NCBI GenBank assembly: GCA_019750255.1
Contig: JAIEOU010000004.1
Span: forward strand, 63,116-127,115
Source: Patescibacteria group bacterium
Lineage (GTDB): Bacteria > Patescibacteriota > Minisyncoccia > Phycocordibacterales > UBA918
Reading direction: 5' to 3'
DNA length: 64,000 bases
In this document: positions 50,593 to 60,965 of the stretch, piece after piece
Position numbering within the stretch: position 1 is the first letter of the stretch
How the letters are laid out: every line of letters begins with the position of its first letter
Translations under genes and position numbers: made by a program
Notes under the pieces: model-generated
What the model was told of the DNA's origin: nothing
Seen by the model: the letters and a program-made list of their open reading frames with translations, nothing else
The model's database searches: none

Positions 50593-50703
50593 CGTTCTGA
50601 ATTTCTCCTTCAGAAAGTGCTGATTATATGGATTTCGGTTAGTTTTACAGTCCATTTGTTTTATGACATAGTACACCTTAGGATCAACAACGGAGACATA
50701 GCA

Positions 50704-51324
50704 ATGTCAGCAGCGACCGCTTCGACCCTTCGGATATCCTCATATGGTTCCGGTAGGTTCGAGCTCAGAGACCTCTCAAGTACCGACATCCAAATCCTTG
50801 ATGGTTCATTTCGAGGTGGCTTTCATTGGGTACGCCGGGGCGACGACGGTCGCTTAGAGCACGTCCCTTTCTACAAGGCCCTACCCGCAGCCGCGGAAGA
50901 CGCTTCTATGCATCCGTTTTGGCAGGCGCCAGTCAGTTCTGTCGGAGTACAGATGGAAATGTTTCCACTATATGAGTGTGGGGACACGGGTCACCGCTTT
51001 ACAGATTCATCTATTATCATTCAGAGTCTGTGTGGGTACGAGTACACTGAAGATCGCTACCGCTCAAACGCTACCATTCTCGAAGAGTGCGGTTTCGTCT
51101 GCCTGAGGTCTCGTCGAGACCCTCAGCAAGGACAATTTTGGGAACTGTGGTTTCTTCCCGGTACCTGGGCGGCGGCAGGTAAGCTTAGGGCAGCGATTAA
51201 GGCAAGCGGAGCCAACACACCAAACGAAAAGACCAAGGCCGCTGTCGAATTTCTCCAAACACACGTTCGGTTCGGAACTCTCGATGTGTCGGTTCAGCGA
51301 CTAGCGCTGACGATTTCCGATTAA
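50704..51324 (+). CDS. hypothetical protein
   Basis: ORF only; start at MSAATAST chosen. Confidence 0.4.
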   Translation: MSAATASTLRISSYGSGRFELRDLSSTDIQILDGSFRGGFHWVRRGDDGRLEHVPFYKALPAAAEDASMHPFWQAPVSSVGVQMEMFPLYECGDTGHRFTDSSIIIQSLCGYEYTEDRYRSNATILEECGFVCLRSRRDPQQGQFWELWFLPGTWAAAGKLRAAIKASGANTPNEKTKAAVEFLQTHVRFGTLDVSVQRLALTISD

Positions 51325-51404
51325 TTACTGACTCGTCCAATCAGATAACAAAGACAACCCCGGCGCGACTCATCCCTTGGGCCGCGCCGAAAATTTTCAT
51401 ACAC

Positions 51405-52268
51405 TCACGGATTACACCACTGACACTCCCCCGGCTCGGCTGTAGATGTCTGTTCAATAGGTAATGTCACGGTGTGCTGACATTTTTTACAAGACCGTAC
51501 CGTCGCCTTCGCGAGATCTGTCGCGAGGCCACAGCTGCAACACGGCAATCCCTTTATGACTTCGGTAACCACAAATCCCGGAATATGACACCTTGGGCAA
51601 AGGCTTTTACAATTTCGTATCAAATCAGCGGTTGCCTGCCCGATGTTTTCCCTCCTCGCCGGACAACGATGGGCGCGCATGTCGGTTTCAATAAAGATGC
51701 TTGTACAGAACCATTTTGATAAGAGCTCTTCCGCTGCAGCACGCACCGCTTCAGTCGTTCTTAGTTCTTTATACATGGATGCACTGCTCTTCTCTTTCCC
51801 CCTCACTATAATTCCCTGTTCAGGAAACCCCCACGCTACCGCGAGCGCCACCGCCTCGTCAGGTGTACGCACTGCTTCCCCTCTTACCAGCACGCTACTA
51901 CTTCGATAATGACCGACAACCTCTATATCGTTTTTTACATCTACCAAAACTACTATTTCAAGACTACTCGGCACAAACGGAAGGGACGGGTGGCTTCCAA
52001 AGCTACCTTCACTCGCGATGCCCACATCCATTCCGGTACACTCCACAGCTGCTCGCGCCTTCTTTCGTGCGGCTTCTAACTGATCCCCGGCGCGCTCTAC
52101 CTCTCGGGTAAAGGTACCGAACTGGTCGGTGTTAAAGTTTGCCGGAACCATCACATCAATACCAAGCCCCTCCTTTATAAGTGGCGAAATCACGACCTCT
52201 TTACTATGCATGGTGGCAAGTACCGCAGTCCTACCTCTCCATTCACTGAGAATGTCTTTATGTTCCAT
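51405..52268 (-). CDS. hypothetical protein with C-terminal 4x CxxC zinc-ribbon region
   Basis: CPRCH...CCSCG...CKKCQH...CQWC at C-terminus. Confidence 0.45.
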   Translation of the reverse strand: MEHKDILSEWRGRTAVLATMHSKEVVISPLIKEGLGIDVMVPANFNTDQFGTFTREVERAGDQLEAARKKARAAVECTGMDVGIASEGSFGSHPSLPFVPSSLEIVVLVDVKNDIEVVGHYRSSSVLVRGEAVRTPDEAVALAVAWGFPEQGIIVRGKEKSSASMYKELRTTEAVRAAAEELLSKWFCTSIFIETDMRAHRCPARRENIGQATADLIRNCKSLCPRCHIPGFVVTEVIKGLPCCSCGLATDLAKATVRSCKKCQHTVTLPIEQTSTAEPGECQWCNP

Positions 52269-52452
52269 TGGTAGAAATTATAAGGTATGGAGCGGTTAGT
52301 GACACCGCCTATCCAAGCCGTTCATGGTCGCAGCCATTGCGGGCAAGCTTTTTCAGTACTATATACCAAACAGTGCGGTTATAGCGAAGCCTTTAATGTA
52401 CGAGTTTCCGCCATGTCTTCCGAGAGTGCTATCATGGCGGCACTTATTTACC

Positions 52453-53991
52453 ATGAAAGACATCAGCAATACTACGAACTGGACGGCCTGCAACAACTGC
52501 TTCGGACTGGGAACGGTCCTCCGCGAACATTCTCTAAAAAAGCGTCAGCACCAAGAGTGGCAACTGGCCACCTTTTTAAGCAACCTGGCCGGCACGAACG
52601 CTCCTAAACCGCTTAGAGAGCACCGCGACACCTGTGACGCCTGTGCCGGCTCGGGACTAATCGCTACCGCTAGCGTGAGGAAGATTATTCCCGACCACTT
52701 CCCCACCGTAGCCATTATTGGCGCTGGTATCGGAGGAGTAGCTCTAGCGGTAGCCTGTCTCCACCGCCGTATTCCTTTTACACTGTATGAGCGTGACGAA
52801 AGTTTTAGCGCTCGCTCCCAGGGCTACGGCCTCACCCTACAACAAGCCAACAAGGCTATACGTGGTTTAGGTATACAGTATCTAGCTGGAGGCATTAACA
52901 CAACGAGACACGTCGTACACAACGCGGCCGGAACAGTGCTCGGTGAATGGGGTCTCCGCAAGTGGAATAAGCCGCAAGCTGAAAACAGCACGAAACGCCG
53001 CAACGTGCACGTTGCGCGGCAGACACTACGCTCTGAACTGCTCCTCCAGCTGGGTGAGCATCCACCGGTCAGCTGGGGTTACACCCTGACCGGCATCAGG
53101 AAGAATGGAAATAGCGGCACCGATCTCCACTTCACAGTTGGCGACAAGACACACATTGCAACAGCGGATCTAGTTGTCGGAGCTGATGGTATTCGTAGTT
53201 CCGTACGGAATTTTCTGATTGGTGAAGAGGCATCGCCGCTCCACTATCTTGGCTGCGTTGTCATATTAGGCATCTGTCCACTGCAATCTCTCAAACACGT
53301 CATGACTCCACTGCTCGATTCAGCAACTGTCTTCCAAACAGTCAATGGCATAGAGCGATTATATGTCATGCCGTATGACGCGGACTCCATCATGTGGCAG
53401 TTTAGTTTCCCGCTATCTGAAATCGCCGCGAAAGCATTGAGCGCACGTGGTCCTGAAGCCCTAAAAGCAGAAGCGTTGACCCGACTGCGATGGCATGACC
53501 CAATACCGCACATTATAGAGAACACCTTAGCGGCAGACATCACCGGGTATCCCGTTTACGACCGGCCAGTGCTTGACCCGCACCTACTACACGGAGCAGA
53601 AAATGCCACTCTAATGGGCGACGCTGCCCATCCAATGAGTCCATTTAAAGGTCAGGGGGCTAATCAAGCCTTACTTGATTCCCTGTTACTCGCTCGCATG
53701 ATTTCTCTCGAGTGTGGGCCCGATTCGAAGTGGCGGCAAACGGGCCTGCGCGACGCTGTACTTGCCAAGTTCGAAAAAGAAATGATCGAGCGGTCGAAGG
53801 GTAAGGTTGAGGAATCAAGGGAAGCCGCCTACTTTCTACACTCTGAGGCAGTCCTCCACGTCAGTGACGAACCAAGAGGTTATCGGACACAGACAGCAGA
53901 GACTGCCAAGCAAAGCTACCATGAGAAACAAGTCAGACTCAGTCGGACTCAGAACGCCGGAGAAGTTATTCTAAAATCGCACTCGTTTTAG
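52453..53991 (+). CDS. FAD-dependent monooxygenase (flavoprotein hydroxylase family) with N-terminal Cys-rich extension
   Basis: GxGxx[51 protein letters not shown]-terminal CNNCFGLG...CDACAGSG; start uncertain (ORF opens at 52324). Confidence 0.75.
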   Translation: MKDISNTTNWTACNNCFGLGTVLREHSLKKRQHQEWQLATFLSNLAGTNAPKPLREHRDTCDACAGSGLIATASVRKIIPDHFPTVAIIGAGIGGVALAVACLHRRIPFTLYERDESFSARSQGYGLTLQQANKAIRGLGIQYLAGGINTTRHVVHNAAGTVLGEWGLRKWNKPQAENSTKRRNVHVARQTLRSELLLQLGEHPPVSWGYTLTGIRKNGNSGTDLHFTVGDKTHIATADLVVGADGIRSSVRNFLIGEEASPLHYLGCVVILGICPLQSLKHVMTPLLDSATVFQTVNGIERLYVMPYDADSIMWQFSFPLSEIAAKALSARGPEALKAEALTRLRWHDPIPHIIENTLAADITGYPVYDRPVLDPHLLHGAENATLMGDAAHPMSPFKGQGANQALLDSLLLARMISLECGPDSKWRQTGLRDAVLAKFEKEMIERSKGKVEESREAAYFLHSEAVLHVSDEPRGYRTQTAETAKQSYHEKQVRLSRTQNAGEVILKSHSF

Positions 53992-55219
53992 GTAATTCTT
54001 CAAACTTAGCCTTCATTGTTGGATTACCTCGGGTCAATTTTTTAATGGTGAGGTCTTGAGCTTTATCATTTGCTAGGCGTAGGTTATTTTCAGAAGACAG
54101 CAGAGCGGCTTTCGTTTTTTCTAGTTGCGTAATGGTCTTGTCGATTCCTTCGATTGCTTCACCAAATCTCCGACCCCAGAGTTCATAATTTTTTGCAAAA
54201 CCCTCCTTAAAGAGCTGTACATTATTTTCAAAGTTGGTGATATCAATATTTTGATTCTTTACCAATGCCAGTTCAGCCTTATATTTCAGTGAATTTAATG
54301 CCGCGTTTCTAAGAAGAGTGATAATTGGAATAAAGAATTGAGGACGGACGACATACATTTTGGGATACTTGTGTGACACATCAAGTATTCCCGTATTATA
54401 TAAGTCACTTTCTGGCTCTAACATAGACACAAGTACAGCAAATTCGCACCCCTTCTCAGTGCGATCTCTATCAAGCTCTCTCAGGAAGTCCTCGTTCTTC
54501 TTCTTAGTCGCAGTTTCATCTCCTTCGTTTTTCATCTCAAACATGATTGAGATAATTTCATTTCTCGACTCATCACTCTCACGATAAATATAGTCACCTT
54601 TACTCCCCGTTTTAGAATCATTATCCTTCTCAAAATACGCGCTCTGAAAGCCGGTTGCGCGCAGCTTATTAAATTCAATCTCGCAGTGCTGCTCAAGCGT
54701 CTCCCCTACCATCTTGGTTGAAAGTTTTAGCTTTAAATCTTTTCGAAGCGTTATTTCTTCGTCTTTCAACTTAATAATTTCATCTTTTGCTTTAAGTTCA
54801 GTGGTAAATTTTTCTTTTAGGTTTGTTTCGAGTAATTGCTTCTCAATGTTTTTACTTTTGAGTTCATTTGCGAGCTCGTCCCGTTCACGCTTAATCGCGT
54901 CTAACGCTTCATTGACCGCCAGTTTTTTCTCGGTTTCAGACGCTTCAATTTTGGCTTGTAGTTTAGTGACCTCTGCATCCTTATCTGCTTTTAACTTGGC
55001 AATTTCAGTATCTTTCTTTGCAATATCTACCTGCACGGCATTCTTGGTAGTAGCCTCTGCTAATTTGACGGCATTATCTTTCTCTCTTTCCAGCGAGGCA
55101 AGACGATCATGTAATTCCTTTTCAAATTCCTTATTCCTAACTTGGGCTAAGATATCAGCAAAGCCGGCGTCATCGATTTTGAACGCTTTTTTGCAGTGCG
55201 GACAAATAATTTCATTCAT
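53966..55219 (-). CDS. DUF2130-like coiled-coil protein with N-terminal zinc ribbon
   Basis: N-terminal [13 protein letters not shown] then ~250 aa of K/E-rich coiled coil and a C-terminal globular part. Confidence 0.55.
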   Translation of the reverse strand: MNEIICPHCKKAFKIDDAGFADILAQVRNKEFEKELHDRLASLEREKDNAVKLAEATTKNAVQVDIAKKDTEIAKLKADKDAEVTKLQAKIEASETEKKLAVNEALDAIKRERDELANELKSKNIEKQLLETNLKEKFTTELKAKDEIIKLKDEEITLRKDLKLKLSTKMVGETLEQHCEIEFNKLRATGFQSAYFEKDNDSKTGSKGDYIYRESDESRNEIISIMFEMKNEGDETATKKKNEDFLRELDRDRTEKGCEFAVLVSMLEPESDLYNTGILDVSHKYPKMYVVRPQFFIPIITLLRNAALNSLKYKAELALVKNQNIDITNFENNVQLFKEGFAKNYELWGRRFGEAIEGIDKTITQLEKTKAALLSSENNLRLANDKAQDLTIKKLTRGNPTMKAKFEELPKTSAILE

Positions 55220-55773
55220 AAGCAGGCATTTAGTATGGTCAATTCTCGGTGGTGTACATATTTTCCCGAAAGGTTTCTAATACCCGTACTTTCGAGCTTC
55301 ATGACTGCTTCGGAGAGAGGCATCCACTCTACTACTGCACCAGCCTTATGTTCGTCCTCTGTCATTACGGTCTCCATTTTCTCTCCCGCCACAGTTGCCC
55401 TATAGCACTGCGATATTTGCTTTTTATGCTGTTCTTTTTTGATTTCAGTTACCGTACCGATATAGGTAATATTTTCAATGTATACTCCGGCTTCTTCAAG
55501 ACATTCTCTCTTAAGTGCCACAAGTACTGACTCCCCGTCTTCGACACCTCCGCCGGGAACTTTATAGAAATTGTGTACGGAAAAATGTACTAGCGCAACA
55601 TTGCCATCCGTATCATAGATCACACACCGTGCGGCACGACGAAGTTCCATCGTCTCCGCTTCAGTAGCTGAAGCAGCTTCAAAGTTAAAAGTAATATCGA
55701 ATGTATTCATGTTCAAATTATACAGTAGATACAGTGGTTGGCAGCAATGTTCAAAACCCAGTGGATGTACCAT
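55216..55773 (-). CDS. NUDIX hydrolase
   Basis: Nudix box [24 protein letters not shown]. Confidence 0.8.
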   Translation of the reverse strand: MVHPLGFEHCCQPLYLLYNLNMNTFDITFNFEAASATEAETMELRRAARCVIYDTDGNVALVHFSVHNFYKVPGGGVEDGESVLVALKRECLEEAGVYIENITYIGTVTEIKKEQHKKQISQCYRATVAGEKMETVMTEDEHKAGAVVEWMPLSEAVMKLESTGIRNLSGKYVHHRELTILNACL

Positions 55774-55872
55774 TGAACCTACCGCTCAAAACCCGTCTTG
55801 CCCGACACTAACTCACAACCCACATAGAGAAAACCATGTTTTCATAAGCTACTAACCATAACTATTGATAAC

Positions 55873-56025
55873 GGGCGAGCGCTTGGCGAGCAGCGCGGCG
55901 CACCACCACTCGCGGCGAGCGTACGGAGAGGAACAATGCCTCCACGCGCTCGGCGCGTGCGAAGCACGCGATTACACGCTTTGCGAGGTGAAATGGGTTC
56001 GCGCAAAGGTAAGTATTTCATCACA
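55873..56025 (+). repeat. GC-rich repeat family, copy A (core only, ~150 bp)
   Basis: last ~100 nt identical to copy C (gagcgtacggagaggaacaatgcctccacgcgctcggcgcgtgcgaagcacgcg...ggtaagtatttcatcaca). Confidence 0.7.
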
Positions 56026-56034
56026 AAAAGCAAA

Positions 56035-56071
56035 AAAAGCACCTCCACATGGAATGTGCTTTTTGTATTTT
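56035..56071 (+). terminator. putative hairpin + U-tract immediately after repeat copy A
   Basis: aaagcac ...13 nt... gtgcttt then ttgtatttt. Confidence 0.35.
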
Positions 56072-56156
56072 GTGACCCACTAGCGTGGCTTTCAGAACTT
56101 TACAAAAATAGAAGTTATATCCAAAAAGCGGTAAGTGAATTGTCTATGGTAATGAA

Positions 56157-56741
56157 TTAGCTCTTTGCAGAAGTCAAAAAGTCCCGTAACTCGTCAATTG
56201 TTTTTGTATCACCTCGTAGTACACCATCATACACATCAACTGATATAAACTCTTTTCCAACCCCATATAGGTTCTTCCCAATAAGTTCTTCTTTCAGCAA
56301 AAGTATAGCGGTGCGGTGTTCATCACTTATGGTTAAAAGCTCTTCTGCATAGCGGTTTGTATCTCCTGTATACCACTCTGGTTTTTGTAGCCAAATGTCT
56401 AGTTTCCAAACATTGTCACCGAAATTGATGTCGGGAGACACCCAGTAACCAAAAGGTCTTTTTTCTGAATGTGTATGTGGGTAATTTACTCTATCTGCAG
56501 ATTTGAACTTTGAGGTATAGTCCAATCTTATGAGTTCACCAGAAAGCTTGGCAAAAAAATCTTTAGATACGTCATCGCTAACAACATCAATGTCCAAATC
56601 AGGATAGTTTAGAAGTTTATAGGAATAGCTTCCACCAACTGATACCTTTCCGTATTGTTCAAGAATTGGTAATAGCGTTTTTTCCAGTAGTAAGGATGCT
56701 TCGTCGTGAAGTGCGTTTTGTTTTTGTAAAAGTGGGTGCAT
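56157..56741 (-). CDS. nucleotidyltransferase (Pol beta superfamily) domain protein
   Basis: GGSYSYKLLNYPDLDIDVV = GS...D.D NTase motif; 194 aa. Confidence 0.6.
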   Translation of the reverse strand: MHPLLQKQNALHDEASLLLEKTLLPILEQYGKVSVGGSYSYKLLNYPDLDIDVVSDDVSKDFFAKLSGELIRLDYTSKFKSADRVNYPHTHSEKRPFGYWVSPDINFGDNVWKLDIWLQKPEWYTGDTNRYAEELLTISDEHRTAILLLKEELIGKNLYGVGKEFISVDVYDGVLRGDTKTIDELRDFLTSAKS

Positions 56742-56816
56742 ATACGAAAGTATATCAAAGTTCTGAACTCCCTTTAGGGTGCACTGAAATACGTTGATAA
56801 ATATAGCTCCTTATTT

Positions 56817-57070
56817 TGTGATGAAATACTTACCTTTGCGCGAACCCATTTCACCTCGCAAAGCGAGTGATTGCGTGCCTCGCACGCGCCGAGCGCGTGG
56901 TGGTTTTGTACCTCTCCGTACGCTCGACGCGGGTGGTGGCGCGCCCCGCCGCTCGCTAACCGCTCGCCCCCAACCAATGAAATATCCTTACTTTTTGATT
57001 TTTCGGTGGAGGGGTCTGGGGAGGAGCCGACAAAAAATTGAAAGGATATTTCATTGGTTGGGGGTCGCCG
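56817..57070 (-). repeat. GC-rich repeat family, copy B (full, ~255 bp, inverted relative to A and C)
   Basis: reverse complement matches copy C almost base for base; contains perfect 21-bp inverted repeat arms 56967-56987 / 57044-57064. Confidence 0.75.
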
Positions 57071-57274
57071 CTTCGTCCTCCAAAAAGCTCCGTTTTAGTC
57101 TCCATCTACTTGAGAGCCTACCACTTCGCTTTTTTACGTCCTCGCGTCGAGCGTGGCACGCTTCCCGTATACAGCGCGCGTGGTATATCGAGAGTCCGCT
57201 CACACTACGCAACCACCTCGCATAGGCACGCTCGCATCCGCTCGCGCCGCCTGCTCGTCGCTAACGCTAATGTG

Positions 57275-58579
57275 CTATTTAAACTTCGAGAATAAATTAA
57301 CTATTGATTTTAAAGTTTCATTATCAGGCACTATTTCTTTAAGTTCTTTGGCTTTAGTAATAATGTCGTCAATGTCGAGACCTTCACTTTTTTCTTGTAC
57401 GTCATTTTGACTTGATGAATTACGCTGAGGAGAATAGCCTTCAAAGGGCTCAGAGTATAAGCTGGCCATCGACTCTCGTATAAATTGACCTGTTGGAACG
57501 TCCGTTCGCTTGATTTCTTCAATCAAAAAGTTTGTATGCTCTCTCATAACCACAGCACGAGCTGCTTTAAAAGCATATTTCTCGTTTAGCCTTCTTTCTA
57601 TCCCATACTGTCTAATTGAAAAGCCTATAAGTAGCAGGAGTGGTGATGTGAGAGTGAGTCTGTAAATTAACACTCGCAACTCTGGAACCGAATCCAGACC
57701 ATTAAAAACGTACAAAAGTACAAAAGATAAACCTATGACACTGAGTACGAAAACTGCTAACCAGACAACCGCTGTAACTCGTAGCATCCTTTCACGTTGC
57801 TGAAACGCATTAGCGAAGCCGGTGTCAGTGATAAGATTGGTGATTTTTTCAACCTCATCTCGTCTACTCTTTGCAATTTCCAGATTATCCTGAATTTCGA
57901 TACGGAGTGTATCAGAAATTGTCTTATTAGCTTTAATTTCTTCTAAGTATTTCAGGCTCTCATCTCGAAAAGACTGAATTTCAATAAAAAGCGCACCGGA
58001 TTTCTTCTGTAAGTTTGTTGAGTTGGCAAGTATTGCTTCTAGGCCGGTTTTCTCATCAGAAATTTTTCCATAAACAACCAAAAAGCCCTCATAGGCTTTT
58101 TGCATCTGATCAATCTTGCTTTGAACTTGAGCTAGTAGGTCTTCTATACTCAGCAGTCTTTGCTGTGCTGCTTTCTTGAGTGTATCGATATCGTTATGAA
58201 GGCTTGTGGCGGCTGTAAGCAGTGTGCTAATCTCTCCGCTCTTTCCTTTAACTTCACCTTGTAGTGTTGCAAATTCATTAAGACCATTTTCAATACTCGC
58301 TAGCACTGATTCAGCTCTTTCGAGATCACCTTTAATGGCTGTTATATGGGTTGTTGAGTTGTTTTTAGCATTCTCAATTGAAGCTAAATAACCGCGCGCA
58401 TCTGCACTTAATTTTTCAACGTTTCCTACACTATTTTTTAGCCCTGCTTCAGCCGACTCGTACTGGGTTTGTAAGGCAGTAACCTTCTCAATCAGTTCAC
58501 TCGCCTTACTAAATTTAGCGCGTAGCTGTTTCAGTTCTTCCGTACTTATAGGTTCTGAAGTCTGATTTTCGTCGTCCAT
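57275..58579 (-). CDS. coiled-coil protein with C-terminal two-TM hairpin
   Basis: ~250 aa heptad-rich region then hydrophobic segments VVWLAVFVLSVIGLSFVLLYV and LLLLIGFSI. Confidence 0.5.
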   Translation of the reverse strand: MDDENQTSEPISTEELKQLRAKFSKASELIEKVTALQTQYESAEAGLKNSVGNVEKLSADARGYLASIENAKNNSTTHITAIKGDLERAESVLASIENGLNEFATLQGEVKGKSGEISTLLTAATSLHNDIDTLKKAAQQRLLSIEDLLAQVQSKIDQMQKAYEGFLVVYGKISDEKTGLEAILANSTNLQKKSGALFIEIQSFRDESLKYLEEIKANKTISDTLRIEIQDNLEIAKSRRDEVEKITNLITDTGFANAFQQRERMLRVTAVVWLAVFVLSVIGLSFVLLYVFNGLDSVPELRVLIYRLTLTSPLLLLIGFSIRQYGIERRLNEKYAFKAARAVVMREHTNFLIEEIKRTDVPTGQFIRESMASLYSEPFEGYSPQRNSSSQNDVQEKSEGLDIDDIITKAKELKEIVPDNETLKSIVNLFSKFK

Positions 58580-58662
58580 GGTTTATAAAATACACCAAAT
58601 ATTGACGAAGCACAAAGTTCACGTTCTGGTTATTTAGTGTTTTAATTTGTTATACTTTAGCA

Positions 58663-59343
58663 ATGATTCAGTGGATGAAAGCCACCTGGTACTATCAAGT
58701 TCTTGCTGTCGTTTTGGGTGTAGTAATTTTCTATATTGGATTTAGCGTTGGTGAGCGTACTACTGTACAAGTAACTACGGAAGTACTAACGCAAGCAACT
58801 GCTACTACCTCCGAAGCAACTACACCCACAGAGACCGGGCTAATAACTTTCAAGGGTCTTGAAATGACTGAAAAAGCGCTCCCGCCACTACCAACCCAAG
58901 AAGAATGGGACGAGGTTTTACGCGGGAGTGGTGTTTTTGAGAATAGATATAAAGAAGACGCGGTCAAATTCGGTGATATTGCAAAGCGATACCACAGTAT
59001 TAGCGACGATAACAATCCTTACATAAACGTTGAAGTTGCCGATGTTACAGGAGACGGGCAACCTGAGCAGATTGTCTCACTAAGTGGTGGCGGTTCATAC
59101 GGTGTTGACACATATGAGATTGTGCAAGGAGAAAGCATAATTGCAACCATTGATGCCTACTCAGTTGGTCGCGGTGCCTCGCTCAAACCCAATGAGTCCA
59201 AGGATGGATTTGAGATGGTGTGGTTCCGTGACGATATGTACCCAGGTGGTTATTGCTGCCCAAGTGCCCAAATGGTCACTAAATTTAAATACCACAAGGG
59301 TGAGTATATGGCAGTTAGTGAGACAGTAGAGCTATTGAACTAA
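58663..59343 (+). CDS. hypothetical membrane-anchored/secreted protein
   Basis: N-terminal TM YYQVLAVVLGVVIFYIGF, T/A-rich linker, globular C-terminus. Confidence 0.45.
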   Translation: MIQWMKATWYYQVLAVVLGVVIFYIGFSVGERTTVQVTTEVLTQATATTSEATTPTETGLITFKGLEMTEKALPPLPTQEEWDEVLRGSGVFENRYKEDAVKFGDIAKRYHSISDDNNPYINVEVADVTGDGQPEQIVSLSGGGSYGVDTYEIVQGESIIATIDAYSVGRGASLKPNESKDGFEMVWFRDDMYPGGYCCPSAQMVTKFKYHKGEYMAVSETVELLN

Positions 59344-59444
59344 CTTCAAAATTTTTTAGGTAGTGAACTATCCCTATTCAGAGCACGTGCGGTAGTGTAT
59401 GTGTAAATGAAGTGGGCTAAGGATGAGTATAGGGTGCAAATATT

Positions 59445-59807
59445 TTAAGCAGCACCACGCGAATCTGAAATAATTTTCTCCGCATCAGTAAGAACTTCTT
59501 TAATCGCATCAAAGTTCTCACATTCTTCAATTTCATCCGCAAGTACGTTTAGCCAGTGGCGCTTATCATCTGAACGCGAAACAGGTGGTGGGGTGAACCA
59601 TCCTTGAACAACCTTCGCATCATCACCATATACAGCCCAGACTAGGTTATTTGAATTGAACATACTCCAGAAACTTCCTCCAGGGGGTAACTTCCATATT
59701 CTCACTTCAGAACAATATCCATCTTTATACTTTGCAAAAACTCGGATGCAGAAATCCGAAAATTCAATCACTGCATGCTTTTCATTTATCGTTCTTATAT
59801 TTGCCAT
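59445..59807 (-). CDS. hypothetical protein (120 aa)
   Basis: ORF only. Confidence 0.4.
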   Translation of the reverse strand: MANIRTINEKHAVIEFSDFCIRVFAKYKDGYCSEVRIWKLPPGGSFWSMFNSNNLVWAVYGDDAKVVQGWFTPPPVSRSDDKRHWLNVLADEIEECENFDAIKEVLTDAEKIISDSRGAA

Positions 59808-59968
59808 TTTGTTTTAAAAATAAGTAATATCATCATTCGTTCTGACAGACTTAATCACAATACTACTATCGCCTAGGTCTATATTCAACATCATTGGTTT
59901 TACACTAACATACGGTCACAAGCCCATCAGTACCTCGCATGGGAATGCTCACACCACTCGCTCAGTAG

Positions 59969-60946
59969 TTATTTTTTTATATAGTACTTGTCGAACTCTT
60001 TAAATATCTCAGTGGAGTAGTACTTTTTAGATGTACCAGTCTGCTTAATAAAATCCAGAAATCTTTCGTCGGAATATTTTTTATCACTCTCCAGTCGCTT
60101 CTTATGTGCGTAAAATCCATTATTAGTTACAAAATCCATATATCGCTCTTGCATTTTTTTAACTAGTTCTTGATAGTCCATCGGATACTTATTTTTGAAC
60201 TGCTCTTCTACGTCAACTCTTATCTTCAATGTGGCGCTTGGGTCGTATTGCACCCTCAATGCATCCGGAGTGGAGCTTTTAGAAAACTTCGTCTCAATTT
60301 TTAAAGAAATATTATGATCCATTTTCTCATCAGACGGATACTGGCTTTCTTTTTGTAGAACCTGAGCTAGTAAATTTTTAACCTGTGTAGATTGTTTATT
60401 GACTGAAAAACTTTCCATTTCAAAGGAGTGAAAAAAAGAAATTGGCATCAAGTAAAAATTATATTGGCTTAAGTCGTTGTCAAACCACTCATTAAACATC
60501 CTCACGTAACTTTTCAAGTTTGCAGTCCCTACTTCTAAGACCTTCTTTTGAAAAAATGGGTCTTTATTTAAAAAATGAATTGCATTATCTCGTATCTCAA
60601 TTAAGAGATTAAGGTTTTCCTTTAAAATATCTGGCAATCCCAATTTTTCCATTGCTCCTCTAATTTCTATTGTCATCGGATTGAGAGAGCGGTTGAGTTT
60701 AGGATAAAAACGTTTGGACGGTGTGCCGTTTTTATTTACACTTCGCTCTTGTACATAAATTGATCGCAAATCATTAGCACTATCCTTCAAAATTTTTGAT
60801 TTTAGAAGTAATTCCCATGCGTTAATCATCAATATTGAAAATGTCTCCTCGCGATACTTGAAATCTGGTTTGTTATAAACCTCTATCGCTGAAATGGCTG
60901 AGGCAATTGATTTTTCTAGCAGTGCTTTGTTTCTCTCTTTTGCCAT
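59969..60946 (-). CDS. hypothetical protein, last gene of the C-M-R operon
   Basis: 20 bp downstream of the DUF262-HNH gene on the same strand; no secure family assignment. Confidence 0.5.
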   Translation of the reverse strand: MAKERNKALLEKSIASAISAIEVYNKPDFKYREETFSILMINAWELLLKSKILKDSANDLRSIYVQERSVNKNGTPSKRFYPKLNRSLNPMTIEIRGAMEKLGLPDILKENLNLLIEIRDNAIHFLNKDPFFQKKVLEVGTANLKSYVRMFNEWFDNDLSQYNFYLMPISFFHSFEMESFSVNKQSTQVKNLLAQVLQKESQYPSDEKMDHNISLKIETKFSKSSTPDALRVQYDPSATLKIRVDVEEQFKNKYPMDYQELVKKMQERYMDFVTNNGFYAHKKRLESDKKYSDERFLDFIKQTGTSKKYYSTEIFKEFDKYYIKK

Positions 60947-60965
60947 ATCTCTAAATTACAGCTAT

